Source of the DNA: Octopus vulgaris
Lineage: Eukaryota
Direction: 5' to 3'
NCBI GenBank assembly: GCA_951406725.2
Contig: OX597817.1
Span: 137,392,001-137,456,000, forward strand
DNA: 64,000 bases
Below the pieces are notes generated by a model, which was not told where the DNA came from, searched no databases, and worked only from the letters and a program-made list of their open reading frames with translations. Within the stretch, counting starts at the first letter, position 1; every line of letters begins with the position of its first letter. Made by a program: the position numbers and the translations under genes. Positions 24,034 through 39,358 of this stretch are shown in pieces.

Positions 24034-24390
24034 TATAGAGACAGTGAAAAAGGACCGCATTTCCTCCATTCACGGACAGACAAGAAAATAAGCAACAGGG
24101 CAGCCAGACGACAAGTCAGCCAGTCAGAAGATAGCAGCCAACCAACAAGCCAGCCAGCAAGCGAGACAGAAACCATTCATCCGTCTACTTATCCATGCAT
24201 CCAGCCAGCTTAATCAGACATGTTTATTGACGGCTGTTGGCCAGCAATGATGAAATGAGAGGGGTTACATCATTATGAAGCAGAGCATTTGATGGGACAC
24301 ACACACACACACACACACTCACAGATAATGAGTCACCAATATACATACTCACGCCACTCACACATTTTAAAGATACACATACACACACAC

Positions 24391-24982
<592 letters not shown>

Positions 24983-25356
24983 TATATCAAACAAGAAATA
25001 ATCTTTGCCTCCTTTTATGGAGAAGAAAGGGTTTATAAGACTGCAAAAAAGAAGTGCTCAAATGAAATTGGGACAGAGATAAAGAAACACTGATCAGAGA
25101 ACAAACATCATGTTCGAGTCAACGACTTTATATAATACCATGCTTCCATACAATTGATCAGATATAAACATTACCATGGCCTTCAACATATAAAAAGAAT
25201 ATACATATAAAAGCACAGAAGTTAAAAAATATATATGCCCATAAAAATATAAAATATATAGAACGTCCTGTCAAGAAAAGATACGTACAAATCGACTAAA
25301 ATAGGTAATCAAAATGAATTACTAAAGCGTGTCAAGCGACTAAAAACTAAAAATTT

Positions 25357-25530
25357 AGGCGTAGGAGTGGCTGTGTGGTAAGTAACTTACTTACCAACCA
25401 CATGGTTCCGGGTTCAGTCCCACTGCGTGGCACCTTCGGTAAGTGTCTTCTACTATAGCCACGGGCCGACCAAAGCCTTGTGAGTGGGTTTGGTAGAGGG
25501 AAACTGAAAGAAGCCCGTTGTATTTATGTA

Positions 25531-25585
<55 letters not shown>

Positions 25586-25800
25586 GTGTGTGTACGTCTG
25601 TGTTTGTCCCCCCAACATCGCTTGACAACTGATGCTGGTGTGTTTGCGTCCCCGTAACTTAGCGGTTCGGCAAAAGAGACCGATAGAATAAGTACTAGGC
25701 TTACAAAGAATAAGTTCTGCGGTCGATTTGCTCGACTAAAGGCGATGCTCCAGCATGACCACAGTCAACTGATTGAAACGAGTAAAAGAGTAAAGAGTAA
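25357..25800 (+). mobile_element. SINE family A
   Basis: Match to the family A consensus. Confidence 0.93.
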
Positions 25801-26057
25801 TCGACCAAGACAAAAAGAGGTTTTACTCCCCTCAATTAAAGATATATCAAAATAGTTCGTTCCTCAAAAGCTATGGAAGGTTGAAGTCCAAGGGGCGTAA
25901 GAGAGTTCTACAAAGTCAAGTCAAAACACATCTATGGCCATTTCGGGAGTTCAATGCCGCGGTCCGATTGCGAGTTAAAACGCATCTCGGCAACGGGGAA
26001 TTTCACAAACAGGTCGTTCACAAGAGTCGTTTATATATATATACACGCACACATAAT

Positions 26058-26117
<60 letters not shown>

Positions 26118-26225
26118 ATACATACACACATATAAGTATACACACATACATATATTTATCAATCAATGTTATATATGTATGTGCTTGTATGTTTGTTTAT
26201 AAGTGGGAAAATATCATGTGTGTCA

Positions 26226-26256
<31 letters not shown>

Positions 26257-26583
26257 TGTATGTATGTATGTATGTATGTATGTGTGTATAAGAAACGTTA
26301 AAGATAGCTTTTATTTTACTATATATACTATTCAACCAGGCTGTGGAAAATATTCCGTGGTTTCACCAGAGATCTTATTGTCTCCGTGGAATTAACATTC
26401 TATGTTTCTAATCTTCTTCAGTTTTTCATAGCGAGACTAAAATTGTATTTCTATTTGAAAGATATTTCTTTTATTTCAAACGTGGTCCATCAAAACTCTT
26501 GCACTGTTAGGCCAATCAGGTTATCCCGTTCAGTTGAATTGTGATTTGAAGATTCTGTAAATAGCGACGAACTCCAGGATGCT

Positions 26584-26632
<49 letters not shown>

Positions 26633-26769
26633 CAAAAATGAATATTCTTTTAGTTACTACTTAAGATTGCTAATAATATATTTAATATAATTAACCGAAC
26701 CGCTAGGCCATGGGACAACACCAGTTTTCAGACAAGTGTAATGATAAACAAAGTACAAGTGCGCACTTG

Positions 26770-26836
<67 letters not shown>

Positions 26837-27222
26837 ACACACACATATATATATATACCGTTGTACCGTACAATTTATACATCAATACTGTGCATATCAT
26901 TAAGCCAGTTGTACTCACACATAACACACGCTTATATATATATATCCGAAAACTCACTCCTACTGTTATATAACACACGGCCTGTACAGGGTTGCACAGC
27001 AAAATAATTGAACAAGGATTGGAAATATCCACATTTTAAGTAGACAGCATACACACGTACACACATATACATGAGTGCTTGCACAAACATGAACGTAAAC
27101 ACATACATACCTGCACACAGAATCTAATTGCATACAGGCAATAACTCATACATACGGCATATAATCATTTATACAAGACTCCTCACGAGATACATACATA
27201 CAAACATACACACACGCATATG

Positions 27223-27307
<85 letters not shown>

Positions 27308-27692
27308 GCATACGTGCACACAGTCATACAAATACATACATATACGCGTACATATACACACGCACAAATATTGACCAATAGCAATGATGGTGGTGATTGT
27401 GGTGGTAGTGGTGATTGTGGTGGTGGTGGTGGTGGTGGTGGTGGTGGTGGTGGTGGTGGTGGTGGTAGTGGATTTGATGGAAGCAAACAGACTATGAAGT
27501 TACGCGTGCGGTGTGGTAGTGAGAGGGACAGCATATGAGGTCACATGACCGTGCACCAATTATTGAGAGAATATTAAAAAAAGTGTCTCCTGGGACGCTG
27601 ATTCATGGAAATTCTCTGGCAAGAATAATTTCATACAGCTTTACATCACTTTCCATTTAACTTCTTCTCCTCCTCCACCTCCTCCTTCTTTA

Positions 27693-27739
<47 letters not shown>

Positions 27740-27935
27740 ATTATGAAAGTAATAATAATAATAATAATTTACTCCTAATACAACTACCTGCCAGTGAATG
27801 GTGTAAACGGGATGTTGGTTGAGATGAAGAATTTTGCTGGGAACTACATGATTTTGGAAGGATGCTGTAAGATAATTTTTTCTCTCTGTGAAGTAATGAA
27901 AATGATCCAAGACCAACCATCTATGACGTACTTAC

Positions 27936-28087
27936 GAATAGAAACACAGTCGCAAGTCGAATATTTCAAATAAGTACTTTTTATGTCAAGAATTTTGTGG
28001 GAAATTTGCAAACAATACTTTCAGTATTTCCAAAGTGTTTCTAGTCTCAAAGACAACAATCTCCGAATCCCAGACTCTTTGGAGGAT
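27936..28087 (-). other. Candidate 152-nt non-coding exon
   Basis: Minus strand TATTTTTATATTTCCCAG| acceptor and |GTAAGTA donor; all three frames contain stops. Confidence 0.25.
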
Positions 28088-28153
28088 CTGGGAAATATAA
28101 AAATAGTCGACATGGGTGAGAAATTAAAAAATAAACTAAACTTGGACTGGTTA

Positions 28154-28389
28154 ACTCTTTTAATCTTTTACTTGTTTCAGTCATTTGACAGTGGCATATA
28201 CTGGAGCACCGCCTTTAGTCTAGAAAATCGACCCCAGAACTTATTCTTTGTAAGTCTAGTACTTATTCTATCGGTCACTTTTTGCCGAACCGCTAAGTTA
28301 CGGGGACGTAAACATACCACCAGCGATTGACAAGCGATGTTGGGGGGGACACAAACACACAAACATACACACACAAATGCACACGCACG

Positions 28390-28445
<56 letters not shown>

Positions 28446-28609
28446 CATATATACGACGAACTTCTTTCAGTTTCCGTCTACCAAATCCACTCACAAGGCT
28501 TTGGTTGGTCCGAGGCTATAGTAAAAGACACTTGCCCAAGGTGCCATGCAGTGGGACTGAACCTAGAACCATGTGGTTGGTAAGCAAGCTACTTACCACA
28601 CAGCCACTC

Positions 28610-28612
<3 letters not shown>
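28154..28612 (-). mobile_element. SINE family A
   Basis: Reverse-complement match to family A. Confidence 0.93.
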
Positions 28613-28654
<42 letters not shown>

Positions 28655-29153
28655 AGGTCTCCACTGTCAGCAAAGAACAAGCCAACGCATTTCCTGTACA
28701 GCATTAACCCTGACCATTCCGGGATCAATGCCTCAAGTCAATCATACTTTACAGCTCCATAGTTATATGGGAGAGCTCTGTCCACAATAGTTTACATTAT
28801 TTGGATGGTCTCTTAATTCCCAAAAGTACTGAGACAAAGCTGTACGGTTCTTCTAATCAATTGATTTAAATGACTGCAAATGGTGGTTGTATCAGTACTT
28901 GAAGTTTTTTTGGAGTAAGTTTAGTATTGTTCGTCTCAGAGGATGTTACTGTTGCTCTGTCTATCATCACTTTTAAAGATACAAAATCTTTAAGCAGAAG
29001 TTTCATGGAGTCTGCATTTAGAAGTTGGTTGTTGGGGTGTCTGACGCATGCTTTAGGTTATGATGTTAATTTAAGCGTCTACATATATGCGTGCATTTGT
29101 TCATATGCGTGTAGACTCTCTATATGCATATAAATGTACAGTATGCATATATA

Positions 29154-29192
<39 letters not shown>

Positions 29193-30455
29193 CATATATG
29201 TGTGTATGAGTGTTTGTTTGTGTGTACGTATGTATGTATATTGCGTGTATATGTGTGTCTGTGCGTGTATATGTGTGCGATCTTTACGTAGCTCCCAGGA
29301 AAAGTGAAGATATAACGATGTTTGGGGTTTACTCACAGGGAAATAATAAAAAAAATACGGCTATTTCCATTTACAGCATCAAATCAATAGATAGTAGCGC
29401 TAACCACACACCCAGCTTTCGTACGGAAGCAAAAAAAAATTAAGAAATAAACGCATAAATATTGATATATTTAAATAAAGTTACGAATGTTAGTTTGTCA
29501 GGAAGTGAAGCGATATATCTACCGTTTCATGCCAGGCAGGTTTTGCTGTAAGCTGCCCTGTCTAAACGTTAGATAGCTTCTTTTTTTTTTATCCCCTCAT
29601 ATCTTACCGATAGCCTCCATTTTTTTATGGCGTATTTTTGTTTTCGTTGATTCCTGTGGATGGAAGGCATCATCGGTGATGCTCTCCGTTTCTGGAGATT
29701 ATACATCAATGAGTAATATTTGGCAGGAAGTGACAACAAGACCTTCCTATATGTTTTGTTATCTTTCATTATCTCCACGGAGTTAGATGGAAACGGAAAT
29801 TAGGAGTTACGTTATTTCCAAACAAAATGAAATGAAATATTTTACATTTGTCTGTCAGCATCAAATATGCATCTATGTATATACGAATGTATATATACCT
29901 GAAGATATATAGGGAGATATGCTTGTAGATATGCATGTATGAATGTACACATGCCTGAATGTATGTGTCTGAGCATGTGTGTTTATTTGTATATTTGTAT
30001 GTACATATATGTGTGTATGTGTGTACGTATGTATCTTCCTATGTAAACATCGATATATGTGTGTACGCATCTGCCTGTGTAACTATGTATATATGTGTGC
30101 ATGTGCCTATGCATGCATGCATATATATATCGATGAATTTGAATGCTTATATGCGTCTCAGCATTTTAATCTGAATTCCCAAATTAATGAAATCTGGGTA
30201 AATTAAACAGTCAGTCATCATCGACAATTAGTTTGAAAAAATAAATGAAAACACACACGGACACAGACAGACACAGACAGACAAACACAGACGGAGAGAC
30301 ACAGACAGACACACACACATATAAACATGCTTCTATTCCTTCATACATAAACGCATATACATATACAAACAGCCATTCGTTTTTTGTATGTACGTATATA
30401 CGAATATACATAAATACCTACACATGCACAGACACACACACAAGTATATATATTC

Positions 30456-30456
<1 letters not shown>

Positions 30457-30498
<42 letters not shown>

Positions 30499-30529
30499 TA
30501 TTAATAATAATAATAAGAAGAAGAAGAAG

Positions 30530-30565
<36 letters not shown>

Positions 30566-30615
30566 TATTATTATTATTATTATTATTATTAATATTGTTA
30601 TTATTATTATTAATA

Positions 30616-30652
<37 letters not shown>

Positions 30653-30680
30653 ATTATTATTATTAATTAATTAATTAATT
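30457..30680. repeat. (TAA)n followed by (TTA)n
   Basis: Directly visible; the two halves are complementary. Confidence 0.95.
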
Positions 30681-30831
30681 TTATGGTACAATAACGTAAA
30701 AGTCTGCAAAATAATTATGTTTCGAGGTATGCGGAATGTGAGCTATTTCTGGGTAGAATAAGCAACAACAACAACAACACCATCTTCCACGGTTTTCTGC
30801 ATTAACAGCTGTCCTTTCATTTCTTTCCAAC

Positions 30832-30866
30832 CTGATGACGCGTGCGGTCGACCGAAACTCTTTGTC
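30832..30866 (+). ncRNA. Degenerate hammerhead-like motif with canonical core
   Basis: CTGATGA-CGCGTGCGGTCGACC-GAAAC-TCTTT-GTC. All core nucleotides are present but stems I and II do not pair cleanly. Confidence 0.35.
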
Positions 30867-31520
30867 CCGTATGTAATCCCTGTATATTTCACAGGTAAAT
30901 AGACACACACACACACCTACCTACACACACATATGTAAGATGGCTGCAGACAGTAATATAAGCATGTAAGTGGATGAAGCACAATCTGTCTGATATCGGG
31001 GTTTTGGGAGCATTTATCCAAAACGTCATGTTTTCTTTTAGGGGTCATCTGTCCCACAGGTGTGCATGTCTTGTTTGAAGTTGCCGACATGAGCAACATC
31101 AACGAGGGACTACAGTAAATGGAACACCTCCGATATGTATATATATGTGTGTGTGTGTGTATGTGTGTGTGTATGTATATATATATATATATGTGTGTAT
31201 ATATATATGTATATATATACACATACACACATATATATATATATATATACAAATATATTTTTTTACATTTGCATATATTATACATCAGCATTCATGATAC
31301 CACAGCTGTATACACATAAGTACACACACTCATATATTTACACTCACATTTATGTACTTACACACAAATAGTAACATTTACATACATAGAAGTGCATGCA
31401 CGCATATACTTATGTACGCACAAACACTCACACGGAAATATTTATATACACACAAGTAGGTTCATTTTAAACATTCATGCAGGTGTTTACTACCACATAC
31501 ATATACATCCATTGCATATA

Positions 31521-32389
31521 CAGGGTGTGATGGGTAAATTGTCGCCATTTTATATTTTTAATCTCACGCATGTGCATTGTTTGTTTTTGATTTTGTCGAC
31601 TACATAGTATAGTAGGGTCAGCTGGGCACCGTCTTTGAGAAAAACAGCACCATGACGCAATTTCACTCTACCAGAAATTTGGAAACGACATGCTGTAATG
31701 CTTGTAATTTGCACTGCAAGCGCCAATACGAACATTCCTGAATGTTTGGGTGTCAATCTGAGAACATGTACCGAGAGTGATAAACATCAAACACCCAGTC
31801 AACATCATGGTGTTTGAAGTGATCACTAGTGATGGCGACATTATGCCTCCATTCATCCTCCTACATGGCCTCAGACTCAACACGGAGGCCTACATCAAGT
31901 ACGTGGAGGAAGTAGTGCGGTCCTGGACCAAGAGGGTGGCTGCTGGAAGACCCTATATCTAGCAACAGGACTCTGCACCATGTCACGCAGGAGAACCCAA
32001 TCATGGCTTTCAAACAATTTCTGTGACCACATCACCTCTAACATCTGGTCACTTCATTCCCCAGACTGCCACCTCTTTGATTATTATGTGTACGGTACTG
32101 TTGATGGAGAGACCAACAAAACTCCTTGTAATACCAAAGATGAACTGAAGGCAAGGATTATGGCAGCATTCCCCAACTTAAAAAGGGAGACTGTCCAGAC
32201 GAGTTGCAGGAGATTCCGAAGTCGTCTGGAGGCCGTGGTGCAGCCAATGGCGATTATATTGAATAAATTTACTCTTTAGTATTTCAATATATTTTTATGT
32301 AATTTTAGTAAAAATATCTGTTAAAATGAGATGTCAGTGTTATTTTCATTTTTGCGTAATTTAGACGACAGTTTCTTTACCACACCCTG
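31521..32389 (+). mobile_element. Internally deleted Tc1/mariner-superfamily transposon, DD37D (maT)-like
   Basis: TIRs start CAGGGTGTG and end CACACCCTG, with TA on the left. Transposase remnants KHPVNIMVFEVITSDG...QQDSAPCH...WSLHSPDCHLFDYYVYG...ELKARI, with one stop and one frameshift. Confidence 0.88.
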
Positions 32390-32668
32390 TGTATATGTAT
32401 ATTTAAATATGCACAGTCACGCGTATACATACATGCACAAACACTCACACACATACACATAGATTCGTAGGGCAAGGACACAGCTATCGAATATGTACAA
32501 AAACATATACACCCACGTAACTATAGAAATGTGGAGATATATTCACACACACACGCAAACAAACAGATGTACACGAATTCACATGTATATGGACGAGTGA
32601 TCACATTTGCATATTTATATTATATACTCACATAAGCCGCATTTACATATTATATGCTCACACAGCAT

Positions 32669-32750
<82 letters not shown>

Positions 32751-33042
32751 CACACCTGTAGACAAATTTACATACGGACAAGTGCCTGGAAGTCTCTTGA
32801 ATCGAATAAGAAAGCCTTGTTAATTTGATGGCTTCCGGATTTTTTGTAATAAACAACTCGCCACCCACCACACACATGCAATCACACGTAAATAAATACA
32901 TATTTACTGTTTTGAAAGTATATACGTGCGTTTCAGTGGTTGTGTGTATTCATACAAGTTCTATATATTCATACGCATATGCATACATACATATATATAT
33001 TATGCATATACATATTATATATATATATATTATATATACATA

Positions 33043-33124
<82 letters not shown>

Positions 33125-33258
33125 GTACGTATATGTGGATGTGTGTTACAACTGTATATACACATATACCAATCTACAGATATATATTTTTATATGCACA
33201 CGTATATGTAAACATGTATGTATTAACATATATACATGCGTGTGTGTGTGTTTGTATT

Positions 33259-33311
<53 letters not shown>

Positions 33312-33316
<5 letters not shown>

Positions 33317-33515
33317 CTCCAAACATGAAAACACAACAACGCGAGGACGTGGAACAAGTATAGTGTTATTGGACGCTCAGGAAAGGAAAGAAAGAAGGAG
33401 GATTTAACGTTTCGAGCGGAGCTCTTCGTCGGAAACATAGGAGAAGGAAAGCTCCAAGGAAGGGAAGACGGAGAAAGAAAATCGCCAACGATACACACGC
33501 GGTCACATATTGAAC
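33312..33515 (-). mobile_element. Penelope-like element end
   Basis: Flanked by (TA)n; homologous to 39168-39358; contains a hammerhead motif. Confidence 0.7.
33402..33436 (-). ncRNA. Minimal hammerhead motif (core CCGACGA)
   Basis: Minus strand GTTT-CCGACGA-A-GAGC(TCC)GCTC-GAAA-CGT-T-AAAT. Confidence 0.68.
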
Positions 33516-33539
33516 CATATATATATATATGCATATATA

Positions 33540-33691
33540 GACGTGGCTGCGTGGTAAGCGGTTTGCTTCCCAACCACATGGTTCCGTGTTCAGTCCCAAT
33601 GTGGGGTTCCTTGGTCAAGTGTCTTCTGCTATAGTATCAAGTCGACCAAAGCCTTGCGAGTGGATTTAGTAGACGGAAACTGAAAGAAGCG
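33540..33691 (+). mobile_element. SINE family A, 5' half
   Basis: Head through ACTGAAAGAAGC. Confidence 0.87.
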
Positions 33692-34082
33692 TTATGTGTG
33701 TGTGGGGGGTGGGTGGAATTGAGCGTGTATACATATATATTTAGATGTATACACGCATATATATTTGTAGATTTGCAGAATTAAGACTAAAGATTCATAG
33801 GGTTGACTCTGGCATGATAAGTTTAGCAAGAAACAGGAAATAGCGGCAAGTGTAAAGAAAGAAAGAAACAAATGAACAAAAAAGGTAGGAGAGAGAGAGA
33901 GAGAGAGGGGGTGAGAGAAAGAAAGAAAAAGAAGTAAGGAATTTGATGAATAAATTTTGGTGGAAATCATGTATTAAAGTTGAAGGTAGATTAACAAATG
34001 AATAATGATAGCGTTTGAAATGTGTCCCGCTGGGAATTTGTGAAGAGATGGATATTTAAGATAGGCAGAGATGAATAGTGAA

Positions 34083-34220
<138 letters not shown>

Positions 34221-34365
34221 AGAGAAGTAGAAAGATAAATAGGCAGAGAGAAGGGGTGAGAGAAAGAGATAGTGTATGTGTTTGTGTGTACGAGAGGTAA
34301 GGCGGTCAAAAACAGAAATGCATTTATACGTACATATACATAGATCTATACACATACGTATTCAG

Positions 34366-34403
<38 letters not shown>

Positions 34404-35031
34404 TTATCAAATGTAGGCGCTCTGTGGCCGATTGGTTGAGAAGGTCGCCTTAAAAACCAAAACGTTGTTGGCTCGATCGCACTGTGTAGTATCTTGGATA
34501 AGTACATTTTTTTTTTCGCCTCGGATCGATCCATACTTTCAGAGTGGGAATCGAGGAACGGAGAAACAGTATATCATTAATTCAGAAAGATACAGCTTTG
34601 TCCCGCTCTGTATAACTCTCCTCCCCACGGGTTTAACAACAATCATTGCAATCATTTTTCCATTTTGTTCTTATGTTTCATTTCGTCTTCTTTCAGTTAT
34701 TGTTCTTCCGCATTCTTCACCCATTCTCCTTCACTATTTTCCACTCCAATTCCTTTGAATCTAAACAAACGTCATCAATTCAGTATCGTTTATTTTATTT
34801 TCCTCTGGCAACTGTCATTTTCTTTTCATTCTATTTGATAAACAGTGCAACGCAAAATACTAGATTCTCTTTTGTTCCCTTCACTGAAATATTATGTTCA
34901 TTATACACATTCTTTAATTGCTGTTGTTCCGCTTAATATTTCATCGTTTTCTTTGCCACATGCTGTTGCCTGACTTCTTGTATAGTTTCTTTTAACTTCT
35001 CATTGCCTCATAAGCCTAGCCTTTTTATTTC

Positions 35032-35062
<31 letters not shown>

Positions 35063-35063
35063 G

Positions 35064-35125
<62 letters not shown>

Positions 35126-36437
35126 CAATCAATATATGTGTGTGTATATGTGTGTGTGTGCGTATGTACTCACATACATACACACACACACATATGTCTC
35201 TACCTCTCCTTTTCTCTCACAAGGTTTCTCGATTCACGTATGATATCATATTCATACATATACTTATTCCTTCTTACATACACACACGCACACATACACA
35301 CAGACATACACACACTCACACACACACACTCTCTCTCTCTCTTTCTTTCCGTTCTATCACTCATTCCTTGCTCATATTCTTTCCCCCTTTATCTCACTCC
35401 TCCTCCTCTCTTTTTATTTCACTGTCTGCTCGCCTGACTACTGGTCGACTGCTGACTATTTCTATCTATATATACCTCTCCTTCTCTATCTCTATATCAA
35501 TCTAAATATCTAATCATTAAAAATATTCTGTTACTTTCTTTCTTTTCGCCTCTGTCAACACAACACTGCTTTCACCTTCTAACGTGACAGACACAGAGGG
35601 AAACAAACAAATTAAAAGACGGACACGTGACTTCGCCTTATATATGTATATTAAGTAGGATTAGTTCCTTTTCTGTACTAGATTACTGCTTGCTAATGTC
35701 TTGTACCACACACACACATATAAGTATGTATGCATATATATATAGATATGTGTGTGTCTATATTTGCACAAACATACAGTGGCATACACACACACACACA
35801 TACACACAGATATGACAAAATTTATACAATCATCTCAGGCAGAAGAGAAAGTAACCATCCTTAATGTGTGTGTGTGTGTGTATCTGCGTGTGTGCGTGTA
35901 CACTGCGGTATGTGCGTGCGTGATACTGCGATATGGAAATGTAATGTAACCGGTGTAACGAACAAAATGTAAAACGGAAAACGGAGGATAAAACCAAATC
36001 GTCCACAAACGCCATCACCTCCATTCCCACTGCACATCCCTCACAAAAACAAAAAGAAAGCAGATGAGAGCTAAAAATGAAAAACCAACAAATTTAGAAA
36101 TCCTTGATGGCTTGTTTGTTTATTCATAAATTTATTTATTTTTCTATTTATTTATTTATTTATTTATTTATTTATTTGTATATTTATTGCCAAAGGATGG
36201 CTATTGTTAGCATTTCTTCGCACATAAGCTCACATTTATACGAACGCAAAAATATACATATACAAACATGCATACACACACACACAGACATATTTATTCT
36301 TTAGCAATATATTTATTGTGTAATTACCATCAGCCACCAGCCCCACCGGAAGAAATTGACAAATATTTATATATCTATAACAACGTCTTTGTATGTGTGT
36401 CTGTCTGTCCTCCTGTCTGTCTCTGTCTCTCTTTCTC

Positions 36438-36439
<2 letters not shown>

Positions 36440-36502
<63 letters not shown>

Positions 36503-36594
36503 GTATATATATATATATGTATGTATATATATATGTATGTATATATATATATGTATGCATATATATATATATATATATATACACATACATACAA

Positions 36595-36676
<82 letters not shown>

Positions 36677-37120
36677 CAGTGTGTGCATTCAATGACGGAT
36701 GCAATTTAAATATGGCTGCCATGTTTAGTTTGATAAATGACTGCGAATCCGCCATAACTGAGTTAGAGATTTTAGTCATCGCTCTCCTGTGTACTGAGGG
36801 ATGACGGTAAGGAGAAATAAAACGGGAGATAGATGTTGATAGAAGGAGAGATAGAGCGGGACTGATAGGGCTGGAGAAAAAGAAGGGCAGGGGGCGGGGC
36901 ATACATTGCGATCATATTTTAGTATATATGCACACACATGCACTTATATGTCATTTTCATAGAAATGTATGAGTGTTCTGCTTATATACATCACACCGAC
37001 ACAAACCTACACACACACACGTACATACACACACACATGTATGTATAAATGGACGTAAATATATATGCATACTTTGTATATATATATATATATATACATG
37101 TTTATATATATACATACACT

Positions 37121-37152
<32 letters not shown>

Positions 37153-37264
37153 TACACACATGTTTATATATATACATATATGTTTATATATATGTATACA
37201 TACATGTATGTTCATATATATATACACACACACCTATGTTTATATGTATATATATACCTATATG

Positions 37265-37308
<44 letters not shown>

Positions 37309-37374
37309 CATACATACATACATGTATGTTTATATATATATATATATATATGTTTATATATATATAGAAATACG

Positions 37375-37414
<40 letters not shown>

Positions 37415-37500
37415 ATATATATACATATGTTTATATATATACACACACATATATGTTTATATATGTATATCTGTATATAAACAAATACATGTATACATTT
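36440..37500. repeat. Two long compound (TA)n/(CA)n tracts
   Basis: Directly visible at 36440-36675 and 37005-37500. Confidence 0.93.
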
Positions 37501-38151
37501 CACGTACGTATACTCAGACAGACAAAACATCAACACACACTGGTGTTTATGTTTGCCGCCATATTTTTAAGTAAATGTTTGCAGTTATGTATAATGGCGG
37601 TGCAACTGATGGGTTGAGATGTAACAGAGAAAATAGAAATTGAGCAACGAGAGAGAGAGGGGGAGGGGGGAGAGGTAGAGAGGGAGAGAGAAAGAGAGGT
37701 ATGTAGTTGGAGCGTCAGTTTTAGGTTAGACAGAAAAAGGAAAAAAACACAGCAACGCGTATAAAACAATGATGTTAGAAACATCAACAAAAGAATAAGT
37801 GAAGAAATAAATAATTAGAAAACAAAAAGAAAAAAAAAAGAAATAAAAAGAAATATAGAGAAAACGGAAGAGAAACAAAATGTTAGATAAAGCAAGAATT
37901 ATTGGGAGAAATTGTCTGAGAATCGTTTCCATTCCAAACTATAACGTGTCGGTGGGAATGACGTCATCTCTTGTCAGGGAACAGACACACAACATACAGA
38001 TATATACACATATACACTCAGACATATATGTATACGTAAATACATGCACATATACATACAATATATACATATACATATACATACATACATACATACATAC
38101 ATACATACATACATACATACATACATACATACATACATACATACATACATA

Positions 38152-39070
38152 AAGGGGTTGGACAAAATAATGGAAACACCTAGCATCATAGCATCATAAT
38201 TTTGAAATATCTATAAAACCGTCAAAAGCTTATTTATTTTTTGTTTATTTTATTTATTATTAGTGTTGCTTAATATGTTTTGCTACAATTGCTGTTTCTT
38301 TGCAGATATCATCAGAAAAAGGTAATTAACAGTCATTAAAATGACAGATCTATCGGACTTTCAAAGAGGTCAAATTGTTGGTGCTCATATGGCAGGTGCT
38401 AGCATAACGAAAACAGCCGAAATGTTTGGTGTATCAAAAAGTACTGTCTCGAAAGTAATGAAAGCCTTTGAGAAAGAGGGAAAAACCTCCTCATCAAAAC
38501 AAAACTCCGGAAGCAAACCAAAACTTTCAGATAGCGACCGTCGAAATCTTACGCGAATTGTTAGAAAGGATCACAAAAGTACAGCTCCCAAAATTGCTAC
38601 AAAGCTTAATGACCAATTCGAGAACTCAGTTTCCACAAAAACTGTTTGCCGGGAGCTGCACAAAGCTGGATATCACAGGAGGGCTGCAATCAGAAAACCA
38701 CTACTTTCAAAAACAAACACTGCAAAGCGTTTAGAGTGGTCCCTAGAGCAGTGGAAGAATGTTATTTTCTCGGACTAGTCATCCTTATTTCCGACCACCG
38801 ACCATGTATACGTGTAGAGATATCCAAAAGAAGCATTTGACACAGACTGCCTTCTTCCAACTGTTAAACATGGAGGAGGATCTGTGATGATGGGGTCGGA
38901 GCTATATCTTGGAAATCCACCAGTCCAATGGTTTCCCTTCATGGCAGAATTAATAGTTGAGACTATTTAAGCATATCTGATCAAATTCATACTATAGTTG
39001 CGGAACTGCTTATAGAGAGAAACGCAATCTCTCACGATGATAATGCACCAATTCACACTGCTAAAGTTGT
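38152..39070 (+). mobile_element. Tc1-type DNA transposon, 3'-truncated
   Basis: Left TIR-like AGGGGTTGGACAAAATAATGGAAACACC; the transposase remnant ends at (TA)n; no right TIR. Confidence 0.92.
38341..39070 (+). pseudogene. Tc1 transposase pseudogene
   Basis: HTH region MTDLSDFQRGQIVGA...GVSKSTVSK, SGSKPKLS (GRPR-like), KPLL, and WKNVIFSD* where a stop replaces the E of the DES motif. TVKHGGGSVM and DDNAPIHTAKV follow in shifted frames. Confidence 0.93.
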
Positions 39071-39167
39071 GCATATATATATATATATATTTATGTATGT
39101 GTGTATGTATGTATATATAAAATACAAAATGGGAAAAGAACGCAAAACATCCGGACATATATATATA

Positions 39168-39358
39168 TAGTAAATCCAAAACAGAACAAACACAACAAAA
39201 CGATGACGTGGTACATGTGATGTATTAGCAGACATTCAGGGAAGGAAAGAAAGATGGTTTAACGTTTCGAGCAGCCGCTCTTCTTCGGAAACAGAGGAAA
39301 GTCCAATGGAGGGGAAGATGGGAGAAGAAAATCGCCAACGATTCACATGTGGTTACAA
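39168..39358 (-). mobile_element. Penelope-like element end
   Basis: Homologous to 33312-33515; flanked by TA runs. Confidence 0.7.
39257..39292 (-). ncRNA. Minimal hammerhead motif (core CCGAAGA)
   Basis: Minus strand GTTT-CCGAAGA-A-GAGC(GGCT)GCTC-GAAA-CGT-T-AAAC. Confidence 0.7.

Noticed and set aside
29569-29778. Possible Penelope RT scrap (IMKDNKTYRK)
   Set aside because: Only a few residues resemble the motif, which is not supportable without a search.
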